Under the pieces are notes generated by a model that ran no database searches, was not told the origin of the DNA, and was given only the letters and a program-made list of their open reading frames with translations. Position numbers and translations under genes: made by a program. From positions 583,988 to 647,987 of the forward strand of contig MU053588.1 in NCBI GenBank assembly GCA_013239625.1: DNA of 64,000 nt, in the 5' to 3' direction. Source of the DNA: Lama guanicoe. Lineage: Eukaryota. Positions within the stretch are counted from its first letter, which is position 1. Each line of letters opens with the position of its first letter. Of this stretch, positions 1 through 15,470 are shown piece by piece.

Positions 1-1540
1 CAATCACTAAAAAGATTCAGTTACTTCCTTCATAATGCTTATAATCTGTGAATGAACTTTAAATCTGAATAGGAATAATTATAAAATAGTGTGTGATAAA
101 GGCCGCTGCTGAGATTTAGGTGACCTGTCTAAAACAGACATCAGTGTGACTATAGTGACAGTAAGCATATAAACAAACACTGAGCACATGGGATCTGTAT
201 GGCAGTAAGTAGATTTTTCGTATAACTTTTGTATCTTGGAGATTTCATTCTAATGATATTAGATGCATGGCTAAATTAACAGGTGAGATAATTCAACTAT
301 CTAGATGATGTCATGACAGAACTGGCAAGTTTAGAAACAAAATAAATTCTTCTGTCAAAAAGACCTGAAATAAAGCTGTATTGACACTGTCATCACTTCA
401 CAAAAGAGATTATTAACGGACTGTTCTCCAGTTTTTTTATAGCCAAACTTCCAACATAACTGAGAAGAAATGATAAAATAAGTTCAGGTATTGGAATCCA
501 AAGGAAACAAGATATAAGCCATTTAGTAAAATGATCTGAATTTATAGAACAGAGAACTTTGTGGAAGTCTTCACCTTCACAAATTATAAAAAACACACAC
601 ATATTTCAAGTTCCTATGTCAGTTGTTACAATGATTATAAAGGAAACTTGAAAAAAAAAAAAGAAGATCTAAGCAAAAAGATAGGGATTGCTGATGTCAT
701 GTTCTGATCATGACAAAGGCATATTTTATGTCTTCACTAGTCTTATTTGATTGTTTCATGTATGGACTAAAAACAACTAAATGCACAGTGACTCATTTCT
801 AAAGACACCACCCAAAAACCAGAATAATACAAAACAACCAAAAATAAAGAGCTGTTAATATATGGCCATATAAATTTCCAGACTTCTCTGTCTTCTGTTT
901 TATGAATGTCTGCCATTCTTCTCTCTGTATCCTTAAATATTCTTCCCAATTCAGCATTTAATAACTACTTTGTATTCTAGTATAATGTTGGTCTATCTCG
1001 TATTTAACTAGTAAGCTTGCTGGACTCAGACTGCTGAACATTCCTTGTCCATCTCTAATATTTTGATCAACTTCACCCACTTTCAAGGCCACAAAAGAGG
1101 TTCTGGTTTAGATGATGTGGTCTTTTTTCTCTCTTGAGGTTGGGAATGGAAAGAGGAAGTTCTGCTCAGAGCAGGACAGAGCTGCCCAATCTCAGGTTCT
1201 TCTCAGCCTCATCACAATGGTACATTGGCCAGAAAATTTTCTACTGGAATATTTGGATCTGGCTTCAATGCAGAAATGACTGCAGCTGAGGTCCCTGGGA
1301 ATTGAGTGAGGAAATGGATCTGTCTGGAATCCTAACTTATCCAAGTTGTGTGTGATGCGAGGTGATTCTGAGTCTGGAATGGAAGAGCATAAGTGATAAT
1401 ATTAACTTGAGTCCAGTGGGCAAACACTAAAACACATCTGGTCTCAGGGTCTTTCTCTTCTCCCAGGTCTGGGTTTTCTGGACTCTGCTTTTCTGGTAGA
1501 GGAACCCGGAAGTTTGATCAGCTCTTGCAGGCCTAAAAAC

Positions 1541-1549
1541 ATGGCCCAT
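1541..1549 (+). CDS. ZNF607: KRAB-ZNF coding exon 1 (exon ~1467-1549; ATG GCC CAT = MAH)
   Basis: Acceptor ctcttctcccag|G at 1466/1467; AAAACATGGCCCAT followed by gtaagt at 1550; phase 0 joins the KRAB-A exon in frame. Confidence 0.8.
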
Positions 1550-2127
1550 GTAAGTTGATGTTTCTCTCCTTGTTGAAACATGTGTGTGTTTTTTTAGGTC
1601 ATGTAAGTATTTTCATTAATTTTCTTCAAGTTTCCTAAGAGAAAGTTTCCTCAAATGACCTGTTTCCTAGTTATTATTTCAGAGAAATATGTGGCCTATT
1701 CTAAACTAAATAGTATTCATGTAATTATTGACCAAATTATTCAGCATCTTTTAAGTGCCCATTCTTTAATTAAGGACAATAAGTGCTTTGAAGTTAGGGT
1801 TTGTGCTATGCAGGTAAGATCTGTAGTTTGCAGATGGAAACTATGGTTCTATTTAACTATCCATGATAAGACTTTGAAGTTTTCCACAGACCTGAGATTT
1901 CTAGGTAGATGAGGTGAAATTTATCACTGAATGATCTTAATATGATGTGAAATTTCATGCTTTGTATGGATTAGAATATGATTGGGGCTTTTAACATGAA
2001 GATCATGTATTTGGTAGGAAAGCCATGAGACATAAATATTAAAGCTATTTTGTTGTTGAATGAGACATGCTAAGTTTGTGTAACATCTGTATAATTAACC
2101 AGCCTTCTTCAGTATCATTTAAATCAG

Positions 2128-2690
2128 TGTTTTACTGCATAATTAATTACTCTAAAACATAGTATCTTAAAGCAGCAGTTATCTCATAGTTTCAGTGAGT
2201 CTGCTAACTGGATGTGGTTTAGCTGGGCTCTCTGCTCTGAGTCTCTTGTAGGGTAATCAGTGTGTTGGTCAGGGTTATCAGTGTGTTGGTCAGGGTTGCA
2301 GTCATCATAAGGCTTAACTTGCTTCTCCATTCAAGCTCGCTGAAGTAGTTGTTGACAGGATCCAGATCTTCGTGGCTGTTGAACTGAGGGCCTCACTTCC
2401 TCAGCAGCTGTTGGCTGGCGACTGCTCTTGGTTTTTTGCTATATGGACCTTTCCCAGGGCAGCTCACAACATGGTAGCTGGATTCATCAGGGGGAGCAAG
2501 TGAGACAGCAAGAAAGAATAAGCAATGTGGAAATCATAGTTTTTTATAACCTTATGTTGGAAGTGAAATTCCATCACTTTTTTGTATTTATTTGTTAGAA
2601 ATAATTCACTCTCAAAGGGAGAGGATGACATGAGGACATAAATACCAGGAAATGGAGATCATTGGTAATCAATGAAATTACCCACCACAC
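2128..2690. mobile_element. MaLR (MLT1-type) solo LTR, degenerate
   Basis: MLT1-like text (tactgcataa...aaaacatagtatcttaaagcagc...tctcatagtttc...ttagctggg); contains a 21-bp tandem duplication at ~2256-2297. Boundaries approximate. Confidence 0.6.
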
Positions 2691-3304
2691 TCAAAATAAG
2701 GAAAGTGTTCAGTGAGAAATGGTAGCTGGCAATGAAAATGCATATCATTAAATACAGTTGGTGAAAATAGGACCTTAGAATTGTGGAAGACCTTCCAAAT
2801 GTTGTGCTACGTAATTGTATAAATGACTAAATCTGATTTATTTATAAAATACAAAATCATGTGCCAAAATGATACACAGATTTATTGAACCAAGCAAAAA
2901 TGCTAATGATATGATCTGACATAATAAAGTACTTGATGCTTGAAGAAAGGCTTAATTTTATGCAACTCAGTTTTCTAAAATTTGGAGAAATATTTATTTA
3001 TTGAGAGTATATGAAGCAGATACCATTTGGACATTATTCTTGTATACACTTTTTAATTTAGGAGGGAAACATTATTATTTTGTCCATTTCCAAATGGTTC
3101 AGATATTTAGAAATATCCCAAAGTATGGAAGACATTTGATCTGTGTTGGCAGGCTTCTTCAAAAATATGTAAACATTCTCCTTCAGCCTCCTTCCGCATC
3201 ATAGATTGCCAGCCTGCATGCTTTCATTTTCTCTTTTCCCGCAGAGAAATCCGTCATCTCTTCTGCTCCTACTTTCAAAGTATTTTCTTTAATTTCCCCA
3301 GTGA

Positions 3305-3475
<171 letters not shown>

Positions 3476-4099
3476 TAATTTAGATTAATAATAAATAATT
3501 TAGAATCTGCTCTGCAGGCTATATGTTTTTTCCATTGCAACTTTCAGGGCTGCCTTTCCAGGAATTAGTTAAATTTGTTTTCCCTCTAAAGGTGGTTTGA
3601 ACTTTGTTAGGTTAGAAATGGTAGCTCCAATAAACAACTTCATCTTTCCTATCCTTCAATAATTTTCATATCTCCATGTATTCTTTGCTTGTTTTTGCCT
3701 CTCTTCCATAATGACCAAGCAGCTAAATTAGAAATTTGTGGCATATATTGTATACCGTTGTCAAAGGATCCAAGTTTTTTTTTATTCATTTGTGTTCCAA
3801 ATTGCTGTAATACTCCATTTTATGATCTGAACCAGTTTCAGGGATATCAGCTTGACAGAGGATCCTGAATTGCTCTCATTATCAAAAAAGCCTACAGTTT
3901 ATATGGTGATAGATTGGGTAATTGGAATTTATTTAAAACTGTATCAGGAGCAGTTCATTTCCTAAAACACAATTCATCTGATCTGTGGTTGAAAGTTGTA
4001 ATCTATGAAAATTACGTTCAAAATGGAATATCATAGCTATATTTTCTTGTGTCCTCTAGTGACATAAGAACATTAAAATAATGTTAATAGCTAACATTT

Positions 4100-4310
4100 T
4101 GATGACTGTGTAGTAGTCATTTTTCTCAGCACATTATGTGATTTAACTGATTAAAATAACTGGACGTATTAGCTGATTTGATTCCCCCAACAGTGCTATT
4201 ATTATCCCCATTTTATAAATGAAAATACTGAAGTATAGGGGGTTGAAGTGAATTGTCCGAGGTCATACCCAGCTGGAAGGTAGAAAGGCAGGAATTGATC
4301 TCAGGCTTCA
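4100..4310. mobile_element. MIR SINE fragment
   Basis: MIR core: tattattatccccattttataaatgaaaatactgaag...ggttgaagtgaattgtccgaggtcatacccagct. Confidence 0.75.
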
Positions 4311-4319
4311 GAGTGTGTG

Positions 4320-4418
4320 TGTATGTGTTTGTTTGTTTTGTTTTGTTTAATGGAGGTACTGGGAATTGAACCCAGGACCTCATGCACGCTAGGCATGCGC
4401 TATACTCACCACACCCCC
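4320..4418 (-). mobile_element. tRNA-derived SINE, camelid vic-1-like
   Basis: Minus strand reads GGGGGTG...TATAGCGCATGCCTAGCGTGCATGAGGTCCTGGGTTCAATTCCCAGTACCTCC plus an A-rich tail (AAAC/AAAAC repeats); B-box GGTTCAATTCC; flanking cagagtgt repeats are a possible TSD. Confidence 0.8.
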
Positions 4419-4660
4419 AGAGTGTATTTTTAACAACATTTTTCTTGCTCTCTAGAGTTAGAGGACATATGAGTTTAAATTTTAAACAAACGACAAAACA
4501 AAAGCTTTACCTTACCTAACTGATCTCTTGTTCTTTAATTCTCTCATTCTTCTCTAAAATAGTTAATATCATTATGATCTTTTATTGTCATAGATATAAT
4601 TTTAATCTTGACTAGTCACAATTTATTTCTCCATCCTGTAGCCATTCTTTTTTCTTTCAG

Positions 4661-4759
4661 CAGGCCATTCCATTTCTAAGCCACATATAATTACCTTACT
4701 GGAACAAGGAAAAGATCCCTGGATGGTTGTGAGGGAAGAAAAAAGAAATTGGTGTACAG
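4661..4759 (+). CDS. ZNF607: KRAB-B box exon ([33 protein letters not shown])
   Basis: Pyrimidine tract plus cag/cag acceptor, KP..I..LEQGK.PW motif, gtaagt donor at 4760; phase 1-1. Confidence 0.93.
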
Positions 4760-5279
4760 GTAAGTAAGAACAAGTCAGGCCAAAGTTATTTGTGTAAGTG
4801 ATAGCCCAGGTGGTAAATACACTTGGTAAACACATCCTTGAAACACTTGTTGGAAAGCCTCCTTCTCAGTGAAGGAAAGGCTTATAATGTGGAGAGGAAA
4901 TATCTCAACTTCATAACCTCATTAACCATTCACCATATTGTTTTTCTCATATTTCCCTCCCATTTTCATGCTTGACACTCTCCTTCCATGGTGTAGCATT
5001 TACCTGTATTTTCCACCCAGATTCTTTCCAGATCTTCTTCTTCAGTGTGACTCTATTGTCTAAAAATACATTCATTCCTGAAAGTATCTGCCAAATATTT
5101 GAATAGTCTTAGTTGGCACTGTACTTGCCACAATCAATCCAGCATTATTGAATAGGGCAGATAATGTTTCTGCAGTAATGGAGATTATACTGTGTTAAGG
5201 AAGAGATAAACATGAAAACAAATAGATAAATAATATAAGGTAGTGAAATATATTGTGAAGGACACTAACCTGGAACATA

Positions 5280-5600
5280 GCAGATTTAGGTAGGGTCACA
5301 TGATCAGGAACCCTCTTCTGAGGAGCTAACATTTGTGCAGACATAAAGTAAGGACGTGGGCTTTTTGACTGTGTGAGAAAGAGCATGCCAGGGAGAGTGA
5401 ACCACACATGCAGAGGCCCTCAAGAGGGTGTGAGGTTTGCGTGTTTGAGGAGTAGCATGGAGACCAGTTAGTGGATGGTGACTAACAGGCGTGAAACTAC
5501 TATGTTAGGAAGGAACAGATCTTGTGAGATGTTCTGGATCATTATGAAGAATCAGAATTGTTTTCTCAGAGTAATTAGGATCCCTAATCTGATTTAGGTT
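5280..5600 (-). mobile_element. L2 LINE fragment
   Basis: L2-type text (gggaagag/gcagaggccct...gtgtttgaggagtagcatggagacc); approximate. Confidence 0.5.
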
Positions 5601-6229
5601 TTTTGTCTTTGTTTCTTTAAAGAAGATTTTCACCTTTTCATTAATCATGACTTACACAGATACCTAGATAAAATAACTGTAGGTTATTGTAATTCATTTT
5701 CATATCCTTTCCAAATATTTCTTTATTCTTATTTGTGTTAACATTGATCTGTTGGATTTATTCTCATATTCTTTCTAGGTTGGTATTCTTTCATCATTTT
5801 TCATTTATTTGAAATTTGCTTGTGAGCTCTATTACCTAATTCTGAGTTTTTTTAATTCTCATTTATGATTTTTCATATCTAAAAGTCTTTTCATGTCTTT
5901 TAGCATGTTTTTGAGTAATATGGTGTAGTTTTTTCCCCCTGTTTTTGGGGCATTTGTTTTAGAGGTATGTATATTGTCTCTATAACTGTCATTACCTTTA
6001 TTCATAAAATTTCTTGTATAGAACTTGACTTCAGGCATTTGAGGTGGGGGGAATCATTTATATGTGAGATTAGTTTTCTTCAGTTTTGAGAAAGGAATCA
6101 AAATCTGGATACCTTTTCTAAATTTGTGATTTTAGAGCTACTTCTTCTGTTTATTTTTTTTTAAAGCATTCATATTATCATGGCTTGGAGAATGAATGGA
6201 GGGAGCTATAGTTTTTTTATACTATTATA

Positions 6230-9200
6230 ATTGAAATGGTAGTGATCAGATTTAGATTGTTACAGACTAAGATTTTAATTGTAATTCCCAGCAAAACCAT
6301 TAAGAAAATAACTAAAAATTATATAGCAAAAGAAAAAATAAAGGAAATCCAATGGCATCCTAGAACATATCTATTTAACACAAAAGAAGGTAATAATTAA
6401 GAAGTAGAAGGAGAAGAAATACCTAAGACATGTAGAAAATGTGTGACAAATTTTAGCCATAAGTTTTATCAGTAATTATTTTACATTGTATTTTTTTATG
6501 TTTCGGGGGTAAGTGTTCTTTATTTTGGATACAAGTCCTTATGGAACATTAAACATTTTTTCCCACAATGTGACTTACCTATTAATTTTATTAACAATAT
6601 TTTACAAGGAGTTTTTAAATTTTTTGTATTCTAACTTATCAGATTCCTCTTTAATGATTTTTTGGGGTATACTATCCAAGAAATCTTTGCCTGCCCCAAG
6701 GTAGCAAAGTTTTTTGCCTATTTTTTTCTTGACCTTTTCATAATTTTTGCTTTTATGTTTAGATCTATATCCATTTTGAGTTAATTTTTTATTATGGTGT
6801 GAGTTGGGTTCAGGACTCATGTTTTCCCTTTGGATATCCAGTTATTCCAGCACCATTAAAAAAAAAAGAATTTCCTTTCCCCATTTGGATTGCATTAGCA
6901 CCTTTGTCAAACGTGAAATCATTGTATGTATGTGTGTCTGTTTCTGGTCTCTTGTAGCCTTAAGTTTTTCACATTGGCATGGAAAATGAAAGTCTTGTGG
7001 GAGGTTTTTTCATTTGTTACCCTTATTGAGTTGAGGTAGTTTTCTTTTGTCCCTAGTTGACTGAATTTTTTTTTTTTTTGCTATGAATGAGTGTTCAGTT
7101 TTGTCAAATGCTTTATCTGAATGTATTAAAATGATTTTCTCAAAACTTCACATTCCTTGTGTCCCTTCATAATCCTTCCCCCTCAATCTCCCTCTGACCT
7201 CCTTAGGTAAGCACTGATCTAATTTGTACTTTCTGTCACTATAGAGTTGATTGCATGTACAGTTTTATCATAAACAAAATGATAGTGTGAAGTTTTTCAT
7301 CTTGCTTCCTTCACTCAGCATAATTATGCTGAAGTTCATCCATGTTGTTACGTGTATTTTACTTTTTACTACTCAATACTATACCAGTATTTGGTTATAC
7401 CACAATTTATTCATTCATCTGTTGATGGACATTTTTGGCTTTTAGTGATAACAAATAAGGATGTTGTGGACATTTGTTTATAAGTTTCTGAATGGATATA
7501 ATGCTTTCATTTCTTTTGGCCAAATACCTAGGAGTTGAATGCCTGAATTGCATTGTAGGTGTGTGTTTACATTTGTAAGATTTTAAATTTAGATTTAGAT
7601 AAATGAGGTTATAAATTTAAGTTTGTAATCAACTGTTTTATAGTGTTGTTAGACTGTTTCACATTTCCACCAGCTTTAAGAAAGGTCTGGATCCTCCATA
7701 TCTTAGGAACAATTGGTATGGTCAGTCTCTTTAGTTTTAGCCTTTCAAATAAGTATATAGTGTCATTTTGTTGTGGTTTTAACTTGTTTCTCCACAGTGA
7801 CTAATGATGTTGAGTATCTTTTACTTGCTGTCTTTTTTGGTGCAGAATCTTTAAAAGTCTTTTGTCTGTTCTATTAGGTTGTTTGTTTTCTTATTGAACT
7901 TGTAAGTTATTTTTTATATTCTATATTAAAAGATATCCTTTTTGACTGTTCTCTTGTTTACTGTGATTTTTCCTTTCATTCGTGTAGCAGTGTCTTTGGG
8001 AGAAAAGAAGTTTTTAACTTTGACAAAATTGAGTTTATCAATCTATTCTTTATGAATCATAGTTTTAGGTGTTATATCTAAGAATTCTTTGCCTAGCCCA
8101 AGGTCACACATCTTTCCTATTTTCTTCTAGAATTTTTAGTTTTATGTTTTACATTTAGGTTGGTGATCCATTTTTTTCGTTCATTTTTGTTTATCAAATA
8201 TAGGGGAGTATTTTGCATATAGATATCCCAATTGTATCATTTCTTAAAAAGACTATCCTTTCTTCATTCTATTGCCTTTGAAATGATGAAAGTAAGTTTT
8301 CCATATATGTATGGATCGATTTCTGATAACCTGTTCCATTTACTGGTGTGTCTTGAGATCAGTATTAAACTTGCTGATTACTATATCTTCATAAATCTTA
8401 TAATTAAGTAGTGTTAGTCCCTCTGCTATAATCTTTTCAAAGTTGTTTTGACTATTCTAGGTCCTTGGCATTTCCCTATAAATTTTAGGATTAGCTTGTC
8501 AGTTTCATTATAGACAACAAAAAAGTCTGCTGGAATTTTTATTAGAATTACACTGAATCTATAAATCAATTCAGCAATAATTATTAACATCTTAACAGTA
8601 TCAAGTTTTACATTTTCATGAATGTGATCTATCTCTCCATTTATTTATATCTTTAGCTTTTCTCAGCAGTGTTTTGTAGTTTATAGTGTACATCTTTTGT
8701 GGGATGTATCCCTCAATATGTCATATTTTTGATACTCCTTTAAATTGTATTTTTAAAATTTGAATTCCTGAGTTTTCTCTGATACTTACATATTGGTTGT
8801 ATATGCATCAGCCTTGCTAAACTCAATTATTTTCCAGTAGCTGGTTTGTAGATTACATATGACTTTCCACACATGATTAAATAATCTGTGATTAAAGACA
8901 TTTTTGTTTCTTAATTTTTTTTCCCACGTGCCTTTATTCATTTTCTTGCTTTACTGCACTGCCTGGAATCTCTAGTCCAGTGTTGAATAGCAGTGGTGAA
9001 GGCATAACTTTTTGTTGTTCCTGATCATACGTGGTGAGCATAATTCTCTCACCATTGGATATGGTGTTAGCTGTGGGTTTTTTACAGATGATCTTTATTA
9101 GGTTAAGTTCTTTTTTCCTAGTTTGCTGTGAGTTTTTATGAGGGATGAATATGGTTTTTAGGCTTTTAGTAAATGCTTTTTTTTTTCTTTTAAACCATGA

Positions 9201-10000
9201 TCCATATGGATTTTTTCCTTTTTATTTTGTTAGTATAGTGAATTATATTGATGGAATCTTAAAATATTAAACCAGTCTTGTATTCCTTGGATTGATCATT
9301 GCTGTGGTCTGAGTGTTTCTGTCTCCTAGCATTCATATGTTGAAATCCTAACCCCTAAAAGATGGTGACATTAGGAGGAAGAGCCTTTGGAAGGTGCTTA
9401 GGTCGTGAAGGTGAAGCCCTCATGAGTGGAATTAGTGCTCTTATAAAGAGACCCCACAGAGATCCCTAACCTCTTACACCATTTGAGGAGACATTGAGAA
9501 ATCACTGGCTGTGAACCAGGAAGAAGGCGTTCACCTAAATACGACCATACTAATGCCTTGATCTTGGACTGCCAGCCTCTGGAACTGTGAAATAAATTAC
9601 TGTTGTTTATAAGCTACCCAGTCTATATTTTTTATTATAGTAGCCCAAAAGGACGAAGACAAACATGATATATTATCTTTTTTACATATTGATGGATTCT
9701 GTTTGTCAAATAGTGTTTAGTATTTTGCATCTATGATTGTAAGGTTTTCTAGTGTGTAATTTTCACTTCTTGTACTCTTTTTCTGCTGTTTGGTATCAGA
9801 GTAACTACTAGCATAGAGTAATTCACTCCTCAGTTTTCTGAAAGAGTTTGTTTAGAATTGGCACTACTTCTTCATTAAATATTTGGAACAATTCACCAGT
9901 GAAACTGCCTGCACTTGGAATTTTCTTTGTAGGAAGGTTTTCCCATTGTTTACTAGATATACTGTTGCCACACTGATTTAGATCCTTCTCATGCATGTAT
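6230..10000 (-). mobile_element. Old L1 (L1M-type) fragments, mostly antisense ORF2/3' end, filling the ZNF intron
   Basis: T-rich strand; ORF 9823-10035 ends ...SFTGELFQIFNEEVVPILNKLFQKTEE (L1 RT-like); further L1 ORF2-like pieces at 6500-6960. Confidence 0.8.
9300..9661 (+). mobile_element. MLT1A-type solo LTR nested in L1
   Basis: tgctgtggtctgagtg...attcatatgttgaaatcctaacccc...gccttgatcttggact...aataaatt..tgttgtttataagctacccagtct...gaagaca. Confidence 0.8.
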
Positions 10001-12236
10001 CGTTGTTGATAAGACTGAATGTTGTAGTGATCCATACCTAAATCCCAAAGTAGGAAATCTCTGGTTGTTTTTGTGCCAGCATTCCACCCTCACTTTGCAG
10101 TTCTGGCTATTGTTCTAATAGCCAGAAATATTTTGGAGTTCTTTTTGGAATTTTTGTAGCCCACATTTGCATCACAATAACTGAGACCTGCCCTTGAAGC
10201 AAGGGCAGGAGAGTGAGTTTAGCAAGAAATTCAGCTGAGTCTGGGTTGCTTTGTAAAGTCTGACTCCTTTCCAAAACCCTCCTGTTTTTATTTACAGTCC
10301 TTATGTAGTTAATTTTTCTACCTTGTGTAGTGTTTGTGGTTGAAATCAGTCAGAGAGGAGGACGGGCTGTGGGAACTTTGTGTCACCGTACTGGAACTAG
10401 AACATCTTCAATTAGGAAGTTATTTAATGATGAGAAATAATTTTTTTCTCTTATATCACTGCTGACTCATTGCTTTTTATTGCATGGTTTAAATCTGTCA
10501 CAGTCATTTTTTGCTACTATTTTTGTAGTTTTGGCCAATCATAGCTCTCTAAGTCTTTGAATTCTTCCTCTCTTTTTGACATAGGATTTCTAGGCTTATA
10601 CCTGTTCACTTCTTAGATTTTCCCTCTGTCAAACTATGCTATAACCATATTTAAATCTAAATATTGAGCAGTTATAATGTAGGTATTGAAATATGCTTAT
10701 GATAACTTTTTTTTCTTGGCAGCTTTTTTCTGTTTCTTCTGTAGCATCTGGTTGGTTTACGCTTTCTTTTCTGTGGTCAGCTTTGATAAAATTTTCTTAG
10801 AAAGTTATCCATATTTTCAAAAGATTCATATAGTACCCTTATAATTTAAATTACTCTGTGGTTCTTGTTGTCCTATTTTCTTATTTTTGTTTTTAACTAT
10901 CTTTTCAATTGGTTTATCTAGTATTTCCTATAATGATTTTTAAAGCACCAGCTCTTTGTTAATGCTACTGTTTTCTAACTCATTAGGTTCTGCTTTTATC
11001 TTTTTCCTGCTTTCTTCCACCTTGTTGTTTATTTTCTATATACTAGGCTTTGCTTCTCAACTCACTTTTTTTAAATAGAGATGATTATTGTAAGTTTTGA
11101 GTTCTCTGAGTGGTGAAATTGAATGCCCAGGATTCTGATAGGTGCTTATTTTCAGTGTAGTCATTTACTAGAATTCTTTCATTTCGGTTTTTTTCTTCCT
11201 GTAGCGATCCAGCATTTTTGGAGAGGGCATTTCCATTTCCACATGAGAGGGCTCTTCGTTTTCTAATATTTAGTCTTACTTTCTATTGTTACTCAATTTT
11301 TGAGAGTGTTGTTGATATTATTTAAACTTTTTGTACACATACCATACTCTAGTTATAAGAAGATATTTTTTGCCCTCAAGTCATAGCCCCCTTACTAAAC
11401 ACTTTCAATTTTGCTTAAGATACTTCATACAGACTTTTCTCTTTCAGCTCACAAGTGCCAGTTCTTTTTCATATAATTCTTGGCACTCTACTTTTGGATT
11501 CTTATATAATTCAAGTCCCCTTTTTTTGCCTAAAGTCCCTAAATGTTCAAACTGTCATACAACTGGTGGGTATACCTGGTGTATGTCAGAGAATTGAATG
11601 ACATACTTTTCTGGACATGATCAGAATGGTTGGCCTTGGTTAAAAAGAAAAGCTGGAGAGGAAAAGGGAAAGCTGAGAAGAGATATGAAGGAATAAAACA
11701 GATTGAATGCGGGTAAGGATCATTAAATAATAAAGTGTTAGAGGAGGAATAACTAAGTAAAGACCCTCAATATCTTAATTGTTATGAAGAACAGAGAAAA
11801 GCACACGTGGCTTTGCATAGGAGGGAATGAGTCGCAGTGGTGGAAATGTGCATTTTTAGGGGAATTGTAATTGAAGAATGATCAAGTGTAAATAATTGCC
11901 TTTTAAAATTTTGTATTGTATATATTTATATTTTAGATGGAAGTGGTATATTAGAGCTGGCTGGTACTGGCTCCCTAGAGATAAGATTTTACATTTTATC
12001 CTAAGTCTAGGCTAAATTATGTTACTTTGATAACTTGAAATTGCCTGGATAGATATTGGCATACACAAATCAGGGCTGGATATGTTCTGTGTGTGTCTTT
12101 GTAGAACTGGTTGTTAAACATTTACCAACACTCTGCTGCATAAACTTACTTTTTCTGAACCCTCCTTTTACATTTTCAAGTTTTATAACTGTATTTTAAA
12201 GTTCTTTAAACTGTCTGTAATTGGTGAGATTTTTAA

Positions 12237-13262
<1,026 letters not shown>

Positions 13263-14039
13263 TAGACAATGGAATTATAACACTTAAGAAAAAATTTAAA
13301 TGAAGAGAATATGAGAAGTTTTTACATGGTTTAGTTCTTTTAAGGCATCACATAATTTACACTGGCAAGAACTCCTTGGAATCTAAAGTGTTTGAAGTTT
13401 TTCAGTTATGACTCAAGTACTGTTCACCTTCAGAGAATTTGTATTGTACTTTATATTAGAAAGTCTTTTATGGCATTCCTCTTTGTTTTACCATTCACTG
13501 GGTGGCCAGGCTCTGTGGCCAAGGTTATAAGGCAGATAAGTGCCACTTAAGGAAAAGACTAGTGCATGATTTGAAGTCATTGAGAGCAGAAAAAAATACA
13601 TACCAGGATTAAGTAGCACAGTGATTACTTACAGCAAGAGAGGAGACAGAATGCACAAGATGTATGACTTGCAGTGTGTTAGCGACCCATGGCCAGCAGA
13701 TCACCTCCACATCTGACAAGCATGACTTAGCTGCACACAGCCCACTTTGTTCTGCAGTGGCAGGACACCAACTCCTTCCCCATAGGGTCTGACATCCCAA
13801 AAACTGGAGGCTTGCCTGTGTGCCACTAACATCTATGATTAAACACAGCAAAGGAGTACACATTGAGTCTGACACAGAGATAGCTATTCATATACAAGGC
13901 AGTAAGCCCAGCGGAGGTTGTGAGGGATCTTTATTTTTTGGTAAAGAAGTATTGCAGGCCCAACAGGTCCCATTCTTTTTTCCCCACCAGCTTTACTGAA
14001 GTATAATTGACCAGTAACACCATAAATTTAAGGTGTATA

Positions 14040-15130
14040 AGTGGTGCTTAAGGGGAAATTTATAGCTATAAATGTTTATATTAAAAAAAGAAAAGTTTCA
14101 AACTTTAACAGCCTAATTTTACAGTTTAAGGAACTAGAAAAATAATAAACAACACAAAGTAGCAGAAGGAAGGAAACAGTAAAGGTTAGAGCAGTGATAT
14201 ATGAAATGAGAGAATAGAGTAGCAACAGAGAAAATCATGAAACCAAAAGTTGGGTCTTCAAAAAGGTCAACAGAATTGGCAAACCTTTAGCTAGATGAAG
14301 TAAGAAGAAAGGGAGGAGAGTCAAATTACTAAAATCATAAGTGAAAGTGGGAGGACATTACGATTGATTTTATAGACATGGGCAATGGACTTGATGAGAC
14401 ATTTTTCCAAAGAAGATAATATGAATGAGGAATAAGCATATGAAAACATGCTTAACATCACCAATCATTAAGGAAATGCAAATCCAAACTACAGTGAAAT
14501 ACCACCTCACATCTATTAAGATGGCTACTATTAAAAAAGAAAGTATAGGAAAGGATGTAGAGAAATTGGAACCCTTCTGCACTATTGGTGGGAATGTAAA
14601 ATGGTACGACCATTGTAGAAAACAGTATGTAGATACCTCAAAAGACTAAATACAGAATTACATATGATCCAGCAATTCCACTTCTGGGTATGTACCTAAA
14701 ATAATTGAGGTCAAGGTCTCTAAGAGCTAGTTCTACACTCATATTCATAGCAAATGTTGTAAATTCATAGAATAGAATGCTATTCAGCCTTTAAAAAGAA
14801 GGAAATTCAGCAATATGCAGCACATAAATGAACCTTGAAGACATTTTGGTAAATGGAATAAACGGTCGCAAAAGGCAAATATTCCACTTATGCGAGATAC
14901 ATAGAGTAGTCCGAAATCATGGAACTTGTCAAGTGGTTGCCAGTGGCTGGGGGAGGGAAGAATAGGGAGTTATTGTTTAATAGGTATAGCGTTTTAGTGT
15001 TACAGAATGAAGAGTTATGGGGTTGAATGGTGGTGATGACTACACACAGTATCTGTGTATTGAATACTACTGAAGGATATACTTAAAAATGGTTCAGATG
15101 GTAAATTTTATATTATGTGTATTTTAGAAC
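14040..15130 (+). mobile_element. L1 ORF2 fragment and 3' end (old L1M)
   Basis: ORF 14425-14649 (HMKTCLTSPIIKEMQIQTTVKYHLT) resembles the L1 ORF2 C-terminus; L1M-type 3' UTR follows. Confidence 0.8.
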
Positions 15131-15134
15131 AATC

Positions 15135-15470
15135 CATGGACTGAATAGCTTAAGTTAGTTTTCTCACAGTTCTGGAGACTGGAAAGTCAAGATATCAGGT
15201 ATGGTTTCTTGAGGTCTCTCTTTGACTTGCAGCTGGCTGCCTTCTCACTGTGTGTGTACATGGCCTTTTCTCTCTGTGTGTGCATTCCTCTGGTCTCTGT
15301 AAGTCCTAGTCTTGTTATAGGGACATTAGTAAGACTGGATTAGGGTCCACCTAAATGGCCTCATTTTAACTTAGTTACCTCTTTAAAGCCCTGTCTCCAA
15401 ATACAATCACATTCTAAGGAACTAGGGGTTAGGATTTCAATACATGAATTTTGGGGAGGCACATTTAAGT
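15135..15470 (-). mobile_element. MLT1-type LTR
   Basis: tctcacagttctggagactggaaagtcaag...ggattagggtccacctaaatggcctcattttaactt...catgaattttgggga. Confidence 0.7.

Noticed and set aside
1..800. A-rich stretch that might be a decayed coding or transposase relic
   Set aside because: No recognisable motif in the frames examined; cannot support a call without a search.
4345..4410. tRNA-like sequence
   Set aside because: No complete cloverleaf or A-box; has an A-rich tail, so it is a SINE, not a tRNA gene.
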